Below, piece after piece: positions 10,571 to 23,020 of a DNA stretch of 64,000 nucleotides. Position numbers and translations under genes: made by a program. The notes beneath the pieces are model-generated. The model had not been told where the DNA came from, made no database searches, and saw nothing but the letters and a program-made list of their open reading frames with translations. This DNA comes from Felis catus. Lineage: Eukaryota. How positions within the stretch are numbered: the first letter of the stretch is position 1; every line of letters begins with the position of its first letter. The stretch is from positions 14,448,001-14,512,000 of the forward strand of contig NC_058383.1 of assembly GCF_018350175.1 (NCBI RefSeq), read 5' to 3'.

Positions 10571-11433
10571 CAAACGAATTAGGTGAATAATACATACATT
10601 GTTAAGAAAGCCATCCCCACTGCTTGAAAAAAAATCAGAGCTTTGTTGAATATACACACACCTGTATGGAATTTTCGTTTGGTGCCCACATACAGTTATA
10701 CACATTGACCTGTAAGACATGACACATCTCGTGCTTTAGTTAAGTAGGAAAATTTTAATACGAGCACGCTGTCTTTCTTTGTGATTTTTTTTTTCACCAA
10801 GAAATAGGTCCCCCTGCAATCTTTCGAACTGTTCTTTGAAATTTTTGTTGTTGCCTTTTCATTCCATCCTAAGTGAGTAAGGATGAATCACGAGAGTCGG
10901 CATGCAAAGTCTCACTGTGGTTCAGGGAAAGATACTAGCAGGGTTGACTCCGGGGCCGTTGCTGAGGTAGAAGGCAGCTTGCCTGTGACCAAAACGATCG
11001 GTGCAGGGAAGGGGTGGGGGTGGGGGGAAGCTCTTCAGGACTGAGAGAACAAATGAGATGAGAAATTGAAAGGTTTCATCTTGTTCCGAGTAACATTAAT
11101 CAGAAACTATTAACAAGGCATATTATAGCAACATGTCTAAATGGTAAGAGCAAAGAAATTCTCCAAGGAGAGAAGACTGCTTAGATTCCTTTTAAGTGGT
11201 GTAAAAAATCAGATGGCTTCAGATTTCTCCAGTATGTCTGACTTCTCTGGGAAGAGAAGGCACTGTCTTATTCTGAAGCCTCGTAAAAAAGAGTGACACC
11301 CAAGTTTACTGAATCTTGTTGGGCACAGCCGTCCCTAAAGGGAGACAATAGAAAGACATGATCAGATCCTCTGGCTCTTGGAAAACATCTTGCCTTGGTC
11401 AGGAAGCTCAAGAAGTAGATACAAGGCAGAGTT

Positions 11434-11435
<2 letters not shown>

Positions 11436-11481
<46 letters not shown>
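11436..11481. repeat. (TG)n microsatellite
   Basis: About 23 uninterrupted TG units. Confidence 0.95.
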
Positions 11482-11483
<2 letters not shown>

Positions 11484-11520
11484 GTTGGCAAGTATTTGCC
11501 AATTTGTGGCAAGTATCCTT

Positions 11521-11698
11521 GCCTGCTTCGGATTCTGTGTCTCCCTCTCTCTCTCTGCTCCTCCCCCGCTTATGTTCCCTCCCTCTCTCTCTCTCTCTGT
11601 CTCTCTTTCTCTCTCCCTCTTTCTCCTTCTCTCTCTCTCTCAAAAAATAAATAAACATTTAAAAAATACTGTACTGTATACTTAAGTATTTGCTAAGA
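11521..11698 (+). repeat. Local duplicate of 12686-12836 (SINE 3' half plus L1-derived flank)
   Basis: Shares unusual SINE variants and a perfect 30-bp non-SINE flank ctgtactgtatacttaagtatttgctaaga. Confidence 0.9.
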
Positions 11699-12289
11699 TC
11701 TAGAGGGTGTGGGGAGGCACAGCTGGGATCATCTTCTTACCTGGCTCAGTCCAGCCTAGAACCTTCCCTGTGGTTCAGCTTTTGCAGGAGGCTCCACAAC
11801 GGTCGCAGCTGAGATTCAGACCCATCACGATGAGTGATGGCAAAGGATGGATGTATTTTCATTTGCTTAGAGTCACGATAACGTTCTTAAACAGCAGAGT
11901 TTGACTTGGCCGCCACAGTCGCCGGTGGCAGAGTACGTAATGGCCCCGGGCCACACCGTTTTCCTAAGGAGTTTGGATGCCATTGTCATGACCCAAAGGG
12001 CCCGAGGTTGGCAGCCCCGCCATCTTGCCCAGTCCAGTCCGCTTGAACTCAAGACACTGAAGACCTGCCTCGTCACCCATTTGGACCTCCCGGGCTCAAG
12101 TCTGCTGTATCTATTAAATGTTGTGATTTGGGTAATGGTCACTCCTGGGGGAACCAGACCATTGGTTCTATTTAGTTTTCCTGATCCTTAGAGTGTATGA
12201 ATCTATTCCCCCTTCCCCACTGGCGTTGGTCATGTCTGGCCATGCGAATGACTTCGTAGTGCAGGATTGGAGGGTGTCTGCGATAAAAT

Positions 12290-12495
12290 TCAGTAACTAC
12301 CAGTGTGATCAGTGTGAAAAGACAGGCTGGGAGGACGCTATGGGAGAATCTAGCAAGGGAATATAACTTAGTCTAGGGATTGGGAAGAGCTTGCCTAAGG
12401 GAGTGATATTTAAGACTTTAAAACTAAGGTGAATTGAAATAGGCAAAGAAGGCGTGGGTGTGTAGTGTGGGAGAAAGAATGTTCGAGGGAGTTTC
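12290..12495 (-). mobile_element. L2 fragment (continues after 16370)
   Basis: gggaagagcttgcctaagggagtgatatttaagac...gaaagaatgttcgagg resembles reverse L2. Confidence 0.6.
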
Positions 12496-12496
12496 A

Positions 12497-12850
12497 GTTA
12501 GACGAGATGCGCAAGTCCTAGAGAGCCACTGCACAGTATAATGCCTATGGTTAATACTCTGTTGTATACTGGGGAGCTTGGGTGGCTCAGTCAGTTAAGC
12601 ATCCGACTTCGGCTCAGGTCATGATCTCGTGCTCTGTGAGTTCGAGCCCCACGTCGGGCTCTGTGCCGACAGCTCAGAGCCTGGAGCCTGCTTCGGATTC
12701 TGTGTCTCCCTCTCTCTCTCTGCTCCTCCCCCACTTATATTCCCTCTCTCTCTCTCTCCCTCTTTCTCCTCTCTCTCTCAAAAAATAAATAAACATTGAC
12801 AAAATGCTGTACTGTATACTTAAGTATTTGCTAAGAGGGTATACCTTGTG
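12497..12850 (+). mobile_element. Old L1 3' UTR fragment containing Can-SINE 12571-12802 (+)
   Basis: aagtcctagagagccactgcacagtataatgcctatggttaatact...tttgctaagagggta. Degraded SINE TSD at 12553-12570 and 12803-12820. Confidence 0.85.
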
Positions 12851-13169
12851 GTTTTTAAATTTAATTAGCTTATTTTATTAAGATAGACTTGACCTATGTC
12901 ACTGTATACATTTAAGTCGTACAGTATGATAGTTTGAATTATGTATTTTGTGACACGATTACTGCACTAAATTTAGTTAGCATCCACCATCTCATATAGG
13001 TACAATAAAAAGAGAAAGCAAAAAAAAAAAAAGTTCCTCATGTTGAGAGCTCTTAGGATTTACTCCCTGAACTAACAACTTTCATATAAATCCTAGAAGT
13101 GTTGACTATAGTCATCGTGCTGTACTTGTTACGTCCCTAGTACATATTTATCTTATAATTGGACGCAGC

Positions 13170-13384
13170 TTTATTTTTAATATCTTTTTTTAATGAGAGA
13201 GAGAGAGAGAGAGAGAGCATGAGCAGGGGAGGTGCAGAGAGAAGGGGAGACACAGAATCTGAAGCAGGCTCCAGGCTCCGAGCTGTCAGCACACATTTCT
13301 GATGCGGGGCTTGAACTCATGGACCTTGAGACATGACCTGAGCCAAAGTCGGTTGCTCCATGCACTGAGCCACCCAGGCGCCCC
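13170..13384 (-). mobile_element. Can-SINE inside L1
   Basis: TSD-like ttatc(t/g)tataattgga on both sides. Confidence 0.93.
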
Positions 13385-14845
13385 AATACTTATCGTATAA
13401 TTGGAAGTTTGTACCTTTTGACCACCTTTCCCCCTCACCCCTTCCCCTACCTCTAGTAACCACAAATCTGATCTCTTTTTCTAAGAGTTTGTTTGCTTGT
13501 TTGTTTGTTCTTAGATTTTGCATATAAATGAGATCATGCAGTCTTTGTCTGACTTATGTTATGTAGCATAATGCCCTCAAGGTCCATCCATGTTGACACA
13601 AATGGCAGGATTTCCACGTTGTTTTTTTTTTAATGGCTGAATAATATTCCATATATATATATATATCTCAACTTCTTTATTCATTTATCTGGTGATGAAT
13701 ACTTAGGTTGTTTCCACGTCTTGGCTGTGGTAAGTAATGCTGCTATGACCATGAGGGTTCATGTATCTCTTGAAGTTCGTGTTTTCATTCCATTTGGATA
13801 CATTCCCCAAAGTGGAATTGCCGGATCATATGGTCATTCTGTTCTTCATTTCTTTGAGGATCCTCCATACTGTTTTCCATAGTGGCTGCACCAATTTACC
13901 TTCCTACCAGGAGTGCACAGGGGTTCCCTTTTCACCACATCCTCTCCAACTCTTGCTATCTCTTGTCTTTTTGATGATGACCATTCTCACAGGCAGGAGG
14001 TGATAGCTCATTGCGGTTTGATTTGCATTTCTCGAACGACGGGTGATGTTGATCATCCTTTCATGCACCTGTTGGCCTTTCGTGTATCTTCTTTGGAAAA
14101 ATGTCTGTTCGGGCCTTTTGCCATTTATTGATGTATTTTTTTGTTATTGAATTGTGGGAGTTCTTTATAAATTTGGATATTAACCCCTTATCATATATGT
14201 AGTTTGCAAATACTTCCATAGGTTGTCTTTTCACTTTGTTGATTGTTTATTTTGCTGTGCAGAAGCTTTTTGGTTTAACGTAGCCCCACTTTATTTTCTG
14301 TTGTGTCCCTTGTGCTATAAGTGTCAAATCCAAAATATCATTACCAAGACCCGTGTCAGAGAGCTTTTCTTCTGTTTTCTTCTAGAAGTTTCATGGTTCT
14401 GAGGCTTACATCTTCAGTTAATTTTTGTGAAAGGTGTAAGCCAGGTGGCTAGTTCCATTTTATGACATGTGAATATCTAACTTTCCCAGCACCATTTATT
14501 TAAAGAGATGACCTTTTCTCTTTTGAGTATTCTCGGCTCCCTTGTCAAATATTAGGTGATTATATATGTTGGGGTTTACTTCCGGGCTCTCGATCTTTTC
14601 CATGATCTGTCTGTTTCATGCCAGCATCACACTGTTTTGACTGCTATAGTTTTATAGCATAGCTTGAAGTCAGGAAATGTGATGCTTTCTCTCTGAACTT
14701 TTTTCTCAGGATTGTTTGGGCTGTTTGCGGTCTTTGGTTCCATATAAATTTTAGTATGATTTTTTTCTACTTCTGCAAAAAATGCCATTGGAGTCTTGAT
14801 AGGGATTGCATTGACTCTATAGATGGCTTTTGGCCGTAAGAACAT

Positions 14846-15065
14846 TTTTTTTAATGTTTATTAATTTTTGAGAGAGACAGAGAGAGAGAGAGAACAAGTG
14901 GGGGAGGGGCAGAGAGAGAGAGAGAGAGAGAAAGAGAATGCAAAGCAGGCTCCAGGCTCTGAGCTGTCAGCACAGAGCCTGGCACAGGGCTCGAACCCAC
15001 AAACCATGAGATCATGACCTGAACTGAAGACAGACACTTAACCAACTGAGCCACCCAGGTGCCCC
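14846..15065 (-). mobile_element. Can-SINE inside L1
   Basis: Full SINE with degraded TSD tgg..gta.gaaca.tt. Confidence 0.93.
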
Positions 15066-15747
15066 TGGTAGTATGAACAATTTAACAATATTAATTCTTT
15101 CAATCCATCAATGGGGGCTATATCTTCATTTATTTGTGTCTTCATTGATTTCTTTCCTCAGCGTCTTAAAGTTTTCAGAGTAGAGATCTTTCACCACCTT
15201 GGTTAAGTTTATTCCTAAGTATTTTATTGCTTTTGATGCTATTGCAAATGGGATTGTTTACTTTCTATTTTTTGGATTTCATTGTTAGTGTATAGAAATT
15301 CTACTCATTCTTTCCTGTTAATTCTGTATCCTAGAACTTTACTGAATTGATTGATTAGATCTAACATTTTTTTTTTTTTGGTGGAGTCTTTAGTTTTTTC
15401 TATACATAAAATCGTGTCATCTGCAAACAGAGAAACTTTCACTACCTCCTTTCCAATTTTGATGCCTTGTATTTCTTTTTCTTGACCGATGGCTTTTGCA
15501 GGGACTTTCAGTGGTTGAATGGGAGAGGTGAGACTGAGCACACTTGTCTTGTTTCTGCCCTTAGAAGAAAAGATTTCAACCTTTCACTATTGGGTATGAT
15601 ATTAGCTGTGGGCTTATTATATATGGGCTTTATTATGTTGAGACACGGTTCTTCTGTACCTAATGTGTTTAGAATTTTTACCATGAACAGCATTTGGTCA
15701 GATACTTTTTCTGCATCTGTTGATGATCGTATGATTTAAGTGTTCTT

Positions 15748-16130
15748 TTTTTTTTACCTTGTGTACTTTATTTTTATCTTTTAAATGTTTATTTACTTTG
15801 AGAGAGCACAGAGCTCAACACGGGAGGCTCGATCCCATGAACTGTGATTTTGACTTGAGTCGAAATGAGGAGTTGGACACCTAACTGACTGAGCCCACCA
15901 GGTGCCCCAAGGATTCTTCTATTTTAAGTTTATTTATTTTGAGAGAGAGGGAGTACACCTGTGCCTGAGTTGGGGCGGGGCAGAGAGAGAGGGAGAGAGA
16001 GAATCTCAAGCAGGCTTCTCACTGTCAGCACAGAGCCTGATGCGGGGCTCGATCCCGTGAACCGTGAGATCATGACCTGAGCCAAAATCAAGAGTCGGGT
16101 GCTCAACCGACTGAGCCACGCAGGTGCCCC
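15748..16130 (-). mobile_element. Tandem Can-SINE pair (internally deleted 15748-15908, full 15920-16130) inside one TSD
   Basis: Perfect 16-bp TSD tgatttaagtgttctt at 15732-15747 and 16131-16146. Confidence 0.9.
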
Positions 16131-16370
16131 TGATTTAAGTGTTCTTATCACAAAATAATAACCATGATACTAACAGTAAGAAGAATTAATAATAGTAATT
16201 AATTAGTAATAATTAAGAATGTGGCAGGAAATTTTGGAGGTGATATGTTTCTAGCATAGGTTGTGGTGATGGTTCCACAGGTATATACATATCTTCAGAC
16301 TCATCAAGTTGTATACATTAAATGTGTACAGCTTTTTATATGTCAGCCATACCTCAATAAAGTGACTTAA
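16131..16370 (+). mobile_element. Rest of the + strand L1 3' UTR begun at 12497
   Basis: aagtgttcttatcaca...ttgtggtgatggttccacaggtata...catcaagttgtatacattaaat...acctcaataaagt. Confidence 0.8.
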
Positions 16371-16541
16371 CAGAGAGAAATGATATTTTAGTTAGAGTAG
16401 TATGTGCAAAGGTTTGGAATCCTGAGAGGGAAATACTCTTGTAAGTAAGAATTTGGCTTTTCTTTAAGGACCAGTGTGAACATTTTGAAAAAAAAAATGT
16501 TTTTGAAAAATAAAAAAGATATATATACATACACATACACA

Positions 16542-16582
<41 letters not shown>

Positions 16583-16644
16583 TCCCACGTACCCATCACT
16601 CAGCTCCTTTGAAGAGATTTAAAGGAAGTGAGATCATCCAACTA

Positions 16645-16847
16645 TTTTTTTTTTTTTTTTTTGGGACAGAGAGAGACAGAGCATGAACGGGGAAGGGGCA
16701 GAGAGAGAGGGAGACACAGAATCGGAAACAGGCTCCAGGCTCTGAGCCATCAGCCCAGAGCCTGACGCGGGGCTTGAACTCACGGACCGCGAGATCATGA
16801 CCTGGCTGAAGTCGGACGCTTAACCGACTGCGCCACCCAGGCGCCCC
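16645..16847 (-). mobile_element. Young Can-SINE in the T-tail of the next SINE
   Basis: Young-subfamily diagnostics (gggacagaga, cctggctgaagt, ctgcgccacc) and TSD cta+T-run. Confidence 0.95.
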
Positions 16848-16849
16848 TA

Positions 16850-17059
16850 TTTTTTTTTTAAACATTTATTTATTTTTGAGATAGACAGAGCATGAACGGG
16901 GGAGGGTCAGAAAGACAGAGGGAGACACAGAATCCGAAACAGGCTCCAGGCTCCGAGCTGTCAGCACAGAGCCCGACGCGGGGCTCGAACTCACGAACCG
17001 CGAGATCATGACCTGAGCCAAAGCCGGACGCTTAACCGACTGAGCCACCCAGGCGCCCC
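16850..17059 (-). mobile_element. Can-SINE
   Basis: Outer TSD caactattttt at about 16639 and 17060. Confidence 0.95.
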
Positions 17060-17074
17060 CAACTATTTTTTTTT

Positions 17075-17990
17075 TTAATAAAAGATCATTACGACTGCCG
17101 TGTGGAAAATGGATTGTAAACCTGAGTTAGATTCAGAGGAAGAAAGCCTCAGTGCGGGAGCTTGGACTATGGTTGGTTGGAGCAGTGGGAGAGAAATGGG
17201 CAGACTCAGAAAGTAGAAGAGACAGCGTATGAGGAGGGCTGAGTATCTGAAGGAAATGGCGGAAAGTGTGGGGGCGGGGCTGACTCCCACGTTACTAGCT
17301 TGAGCAACCAGGAAATGCCCTTGCTACTCTGACATAAGGAACACCACCGGAGGAGGTTTGGGAGAAGCAGAAAGGCAGTGTGTTCTGTTCGGTTTCTGAA
17401 ACACTCGAGTTCATCCAGCAGGTTGTTGGCTATGTAGGGATCACGCCAAGGAAGAGAGGCCTAGGCCTGAGTGGGGCAGGGGGGGCGTTGCCTGGGCATC
17501 TTCGGTCCAGGGATCACATTCGAAGCCGCTAGAAGGAAGAGGTTGTATAGAGAAAGACAAGAAAGGATAGGACAGAAGTCCAGAAAAAAAAAAATCAACA
17601 TTTAAGGCGTGAAAGAAGCAGCTAGAAAGGAGACTAAGAAGGGGGCACAGAATAGGAGAGAAGCCGGGAGAGTGAGCTCGTGGCAGGCGAGAGAAGGCCA
17701 CCTGTAAGCACCCAGAGTTGGTCCTAGGGACAGGAGGCATGGGGAGGAGGCGGGGAGCTGAGCACCACTGGGGAGGTATAACAGCACCTGGTGGGTGGCC
17801 GAACCTTAGGAATGAATGAGAGGCGAGCGTGAAGGAGGCTTCCCGGCTTTCCCGGCACCTGGGCGGATTCACGTCGTGAACACTGGCACAGAGGAAGGTC
17901 CGCGGGTGGAGACTCGAGGAGTTCCATTTTAAAAACGTTGGGGGTTTAAAAACGCAGCGGCCTGTGACCCGGTAGTGAGATGTCAAAGGG
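17075..17990 (-). mobile_element. L2 (degraded)
   Basis: aaagatcattacgactgccgtgtggaaaatggattg and gcttgagcaaccagg resemble reverse L2. Confidence 0.6.
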
Positions 17991-18204
17991 AACGCGGGAG
18001 TAGGATGGGGTCCCAGCCAAGAGTGTGAGTTGGTTGGCGGGGGGTACGTTCCAGCACAAGTGTGGGGTGTTCACTGTGGCCCTCGGGGTCTGTGAGGTGC
18101 TTTAGGCGTGGGCTGACCTACAGGAGCTGGGGCAGGGTGACTCCTTTTGTGGTTTGAGCCAGTGGCTTATCGAAGAGTTAGGAGAATAGTGTGTTACTAT
18201 TGTT

Positions 18205-18520
18205 GTTTTTATTGAAATGTAATTAACATGCAGTGTCCTATTAATTTCAGGTGTATCGTGTAATGATTCAACAATTTCCATACATTACTCAGGGCTCATC
18301 ACGATGAGTGTGTTCTTGGCCCCCTTTCTCTATTTCGCCCATCCCCCTGCCCACCTCCCCTCTGGGCAGCCACCAGTTTGTTCTCTATATTTAAGAGTCT
18401 GTTATTCTGTTTGTCTCTTTTTTTATTTTTTAAAAATATTTATTTATTTGTTTGTTCATTCATTCATTCATTTAGAGAGCGAGCACACACACACATGTGC
18501 ATGGGCAAGAAGGGGAAGGG

Positions 18521-18551
<31 letters not shown>

Positions 18552-19007
18552 TCCCAAGCAGCCTCCATGCTGTCAGCACAGAGCCCAGTGAGAGGCTCGA
18601 ATTCATGTGCCGTGAGATCATGACCTGAGCCGAAACTAAGTTAGTCACTTAGCTGAGCCACCCAGGTGCCCCTGTCTCTTTTTTATTTTGTTTGTTTTGT
18701 TTCTTAAATTCTGCATGCGCGTGAAATCCCACAGTGTTTGTCTTTCTCTGACTGAATTCACTTAGCATTATGCCCTCTTGTAATGGCATAATATTACACA
18801 TGGCTGTAAATGGCCAGAACCTACTGGATGGGAGAAGGTATTTTCAAACGATACATCCAGTAAGAGGTTAATACCCAAAATGTATAAAGAACTCCTACAA
18901 GTCAACACCAAAAAAGCAAATCATCTGATCAAAAAATGGGCAGAGGACCTGAATAGACATTTTTCCAAAGAAGACATTACAGATGGCCAGCAAACACATG
19001 GAAAGAT
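18205..19007 (-). mobile_element. Carnivore L1 3' end with an inverted piece (18815-19007, +) and Can-SINE 18425-18672 (-)
   Basis: Minus 3' UTR abuts + strand ORF2 peptide [40 protein letters not shown] tgtctctttttt. Confidence 0.85.
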
Positions 19008-20265
19008 TTTTTTAACTGCGTATTTTTGGGAAAAGATTTTAGTTTTTTCAGGATGTTTAGAGTGTTTATATCTCTGCTCCATACTCTAATTTCACCCAAG
19101 TACATGAGTTTCCTGGCTCTTCTCCAGTCCCACCATGCTTGTTTCTATGGGACCTCCCAAAAGGAGATGGTGAGGCCCCCACAAACTATCAGAGCAACAG
19201 CCAAGGAGCCACCTACCTGTAAAGATTTAAAATCTGCAGTGACACCTTGCTCTTATCACTGCTGGGTGATATTCTCACCATGGGGCAGGATAGCGCTTTA
19301 GGGTTAGGGTTAGAGCAGGAGAAAGTTAATTTCAGCAGTTTATGGCATTAGATAGCAGGCTCACTCTGCTATCTCTATTCAAATGTATCACCATCCCCTT
19401 AAAGATGAAAAATAAGCTCATATATGTAGAAAGCTGAAAACACACACCCACGTGTACATGCACACACACCTCAAGAGACCTTCCAAAGGACAGCCAGCAA
19501 TGTGGTGTCGGTTGTAGAAGAAAATGGCCTCCATAGAGTTGCTAAAAATTTTTAACGCTAATTTTGTATGTGCTGGGAATCCCACCGTGAGTGGATGAGG
19601 GGGTGTTGATTATTTTGTCTCTTGCTATTTTTCCCCCTCAGAACAAATTGGAGAACGAAGAACTCAGTCATTACATTTTATGTTAATTTCTTTTCTTTTA
19701 ATTCAAGATTTTATTATGGAAAATTTGAAACATACACAAAAATAGAACAGTCTAATGAATCCAAATGTACTAATCATTTAGTTTCAACAAATATCAACAT
19801 TTCGCTATGTGTTTTTCAGTTACTGCCCCTCAGCTTTCTGAAAGCAAATCCCCAGACGTCTTGTCATTCAGCTGTAAAAACTTTAGAGTGCATTGCTTAA
19901 CATAAAAAGAACTTTTTCATCACAGGCTCAACATAAAATTACACTTAGTAAAATTCAATACCCAGGCCATGTTTCTCAAGAATATTTCTCAACATTCTGT
20001 AAGATGTCTCTGTCCGCACCCCCCCGCCCACACCCACACCCACACCCACACCCACCCCCCCCACACACACACCCACACACACACACACACACACACACTT
20101 ACAGTTGCTAGAACATTCCCTACCTTTATTATTCTCATATCACTCATTTGTCGAAGACACCAAGTCCTTTGTCCAGGAAAGTTTTGCACAATCTGGGTTT
20201 GGAAGATTGATTCTTCTTATTGCCTTTAATGTGTTCCTTCTGATCACCATTTTCTCTAAGCTGTG

Positions 20266-20946
20266 CGGTAGTCCCCCCTTAACTGGGGTTTCGCTTTCTG
20301 TGGATTCCGTTATTCATGGTCAACTGTGGTCCAGGAACAGGTGACCCTCCTGACTTATCGTCATCAGGAGGTCAGTAGTAGCCGAACGCTATGTCACAGT
20401 GCCTACATCGGTCAGCTCACTTCATCTCATCACGTAGGCATCTTACCATCTCACATCTTCGCAAGAAAGAAGGGTGAGTGCCATACGATCAGATATTTTA
20501 AGAGAGACCACATTCACATAACTTTTATTACAGTATATTATCATAATTATTAAAGTTATTAGTAGTTCTTCCTGTTAATCTCTCACTGTGCCTAATTTAT
20601 AAATTAAACTTTATCAAAGGTATGTTTGCATAGAAAAAACCATAGGGGCACCTGGGTGGCTCCGTCAGTTAAGAAGTCCGACTTTGGCTCAGGTCATGAT
20701 CTCATGGTTTGTGAGTTTGAGCCCCTCATCGGGCTCTATGCTGTCAGCGCAGAGCCTGCTTCAGATCCTGTGTCCCCCTCTGTCTCTGGCCCTCTCCAGC
20801 TCATTCTCTCCCCTCCTCTGGCCTCTCTCAAATAAATAAATACATTAAAAAAAAAGAAAAAACCCATAGTATATCTAGGGTTTAGTACTATTTGTAGTTT
20901 CAGGGGATCTTGGAATATATCCCCCATGGATAAGGGGGAGCCACTC
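20266..20946. mobile_element. MER44-like (Tigger7-derived) element split by Can-SINE 20645-20855 (+)
   Basis: Termini cggtagtccccccttaa and ggataagggggagccactc-TA. SINE TSD gaaaaaacc(c)ata. Confidence 0.85.
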
Positions 20947-20979
20947 TAATTAGATCTACAAAGTTTACTACACTTGGCT

Positions 20980-21163
20980 TCCACCTTCCCTCTCTTCCTT
21001 CCACCCTTCCTTCCTCCCTCCCTCTGTTCCACCCCTTCTGCCTTAGCTTCCTCCCTCCCTCCCTTCCTTCCTCCCTTCCTCCCTTCCTTCCTTCCTTCCT
21101 TCCTTCCTTCCTTCCTTCCTTCCTTCCCCCCTTTCTTCCTCCCTTCCTACTTTCCTTCCTTCC
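20980..21163. repeat. (CCTT)n polypyrimidine tract
   Basis: About 180 bp that is nearly all pyrimidine, with a CCTT core. Confidence 0.9.
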
Positions 21164-21738
21164 TGGCAAGAATAGGTGGTGCTGTAAACTTCTATCACAT
21201 CACATCAGGAAAGATACAATACCTGGTTGTTTCACATTTTGTGATGTTAAGTTTCAGCAGTGGCTTTGTGTATTGTCAACCTAATTCATCCATTATAAAA
21301 GTTCCTCATCAACCTTTCACCTAAAGGTTTTAGTAGCCAGTAATGATCATTGCCTAGATCCATTATTTCATTAAGGCCTACAAAATGGTGATTTGTAAAT
21401 TCTACATTAATTCTGCATTTATAAGCTGTAATTCTATTTAAAAGGAACCTTCCCTCATCAACTATTTGGATACTCAGAAATACAGTTCAAATAGGAAGGG
21501 CAGGGTAAATGCTTAATTCGTTCCTTTTATTTAAACATTTTGTAGAATAATGAATTGGTGCCATAGCAACCCCCAAAGATGACCAGTGGGGTCTTTTTCC
21601 CCCAGTAATATTATGGACATATATATATATATATACATAATGTGTCTAAATCCATTACAGTCATTATTGATTTGTTTCCCCATTATATACATGTTTTTGT
21701 TGAGGTATTATTTAATACAATAAAATACACAAATTTTT

Positions 21739-21955
21739 AAAAATATTTATTTATTTTTGAGAGAGACAGACAGACAGACAGACAGAGTGTGAGCGGGGAG
21801 GGGCAGAGAGAGAGGGAGGCACAGAATACGAAGCAGGCTCCGGGCTCCGAGCTGTCAGCACAGAACCCGACACGGGGGCTCGAACCTACGAACCATGAGA
21901 TCATGGCCTGAGCCCAAGTTGGAAGCTTAACCAACTGAGCCACCCAAGTGACCCC
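21739..21955 (-). mobile_element. Can-SINE
   Basis: TSD aaaatacaca(a/g)attttt at 21722-21738 and 21956-21972. Confidence 0.95.
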
Positions 21956-23020
21956 AAAATACACAGATTTTTAGTCTGCAGTGTGATGAATGTTACAGTT
22001 GTATACCTCCCTATAATCACCTCCCAAAACCCGATATCGAACATTCCCATTGCCTGAAAAAGGCCCCCTTTGCCCCTTTCCTATCATTTCCCACCGCTGC
22101 CCTACGCGGCATCGTCCAGGCAACCATTTTCTGATTTCTGCGACTTGTTTGTGTCTTGAGAACTTCACATAAAGGGGATCGTATCTTACATACTTTACTC
22201 TTTCAGCGCGAGTAAAGTTTTTAACACTCCTCCTCGCCGTTTTATTGGTCAGCAACTCCTTCATTCTTATTGCCGAGAGGTATCTACTGTGTGAATATAT
22301 GATAAATTTCTTCATTCATTTCCCTCCTATTTTCTGAGGAATAGTGGGTTGGTTTCCAATTTGCATCTGTTATGATAATTCATGCGAAAGTCATTTTTGG
22401 ACAGATGTTCTGGTTTGTCTTGGGGAGATACCTAGGAATTGAATAGCTAGAATATAGGGAAGATGTATATTTAACTTTTTAAGAAACCACCAAACAGGTC
22501 TCCAAAGTGTCATTTACCACTCCCACCAGCCTTGTATGAGAGTTTCGGGGGTGTCACATCTGTATCAGTATTTGGTGGTGTCAGTGTTTATTTTAACAAA
22601 TCTAGTAGGTTTGAAGCCATACCTCAGTGTGTTTTTAATTTACATTTCCTTCATGGCTGATGACACTGAGCAGCTTTTCTTGTGCTTTTGGGTAATTTGT
22701 GTATCTTCTTTTGCCCATTTTTAAAACATTGTGTTATTTTATTGTTTACTTGTAGAGGTTCATTATATGTGTAGTGGATACTAACTTCGTATATACGTAC
22801 TCTGAATATTTTTCTCCAATCTGTAGTTTGTCTATCCACTTTCTGCTCTGTTTCTTCTAGAAGCTTTCTGGTTCCAGCTTTTACATTTAGGTCTATGAGC
22901 CATAAAACCCCTGGAGAAAACCTAAGAGAATATATTGAGGTAGGCAATACTATTTTGGACTGGACACAAAAAGACACTAACAATTTTTTAAGTGACTAAT
23001 GAGACTTAATCAAAATTTAA

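Larger units (their letters stand above)
12855..15735 (-). mobile_element. 5'-truncated L1 (L1MA9-like), RT domain to 3' end, decayed
   Basis: Minus-strand peptides NIIKPIYNKPTANIIPNSERLKSFLLR, GQEKEIQGIKIGKEVVKVSLFADDTIL and PKAIYRVNAIPIK, with many frameshifts. Confidence 0.93.
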
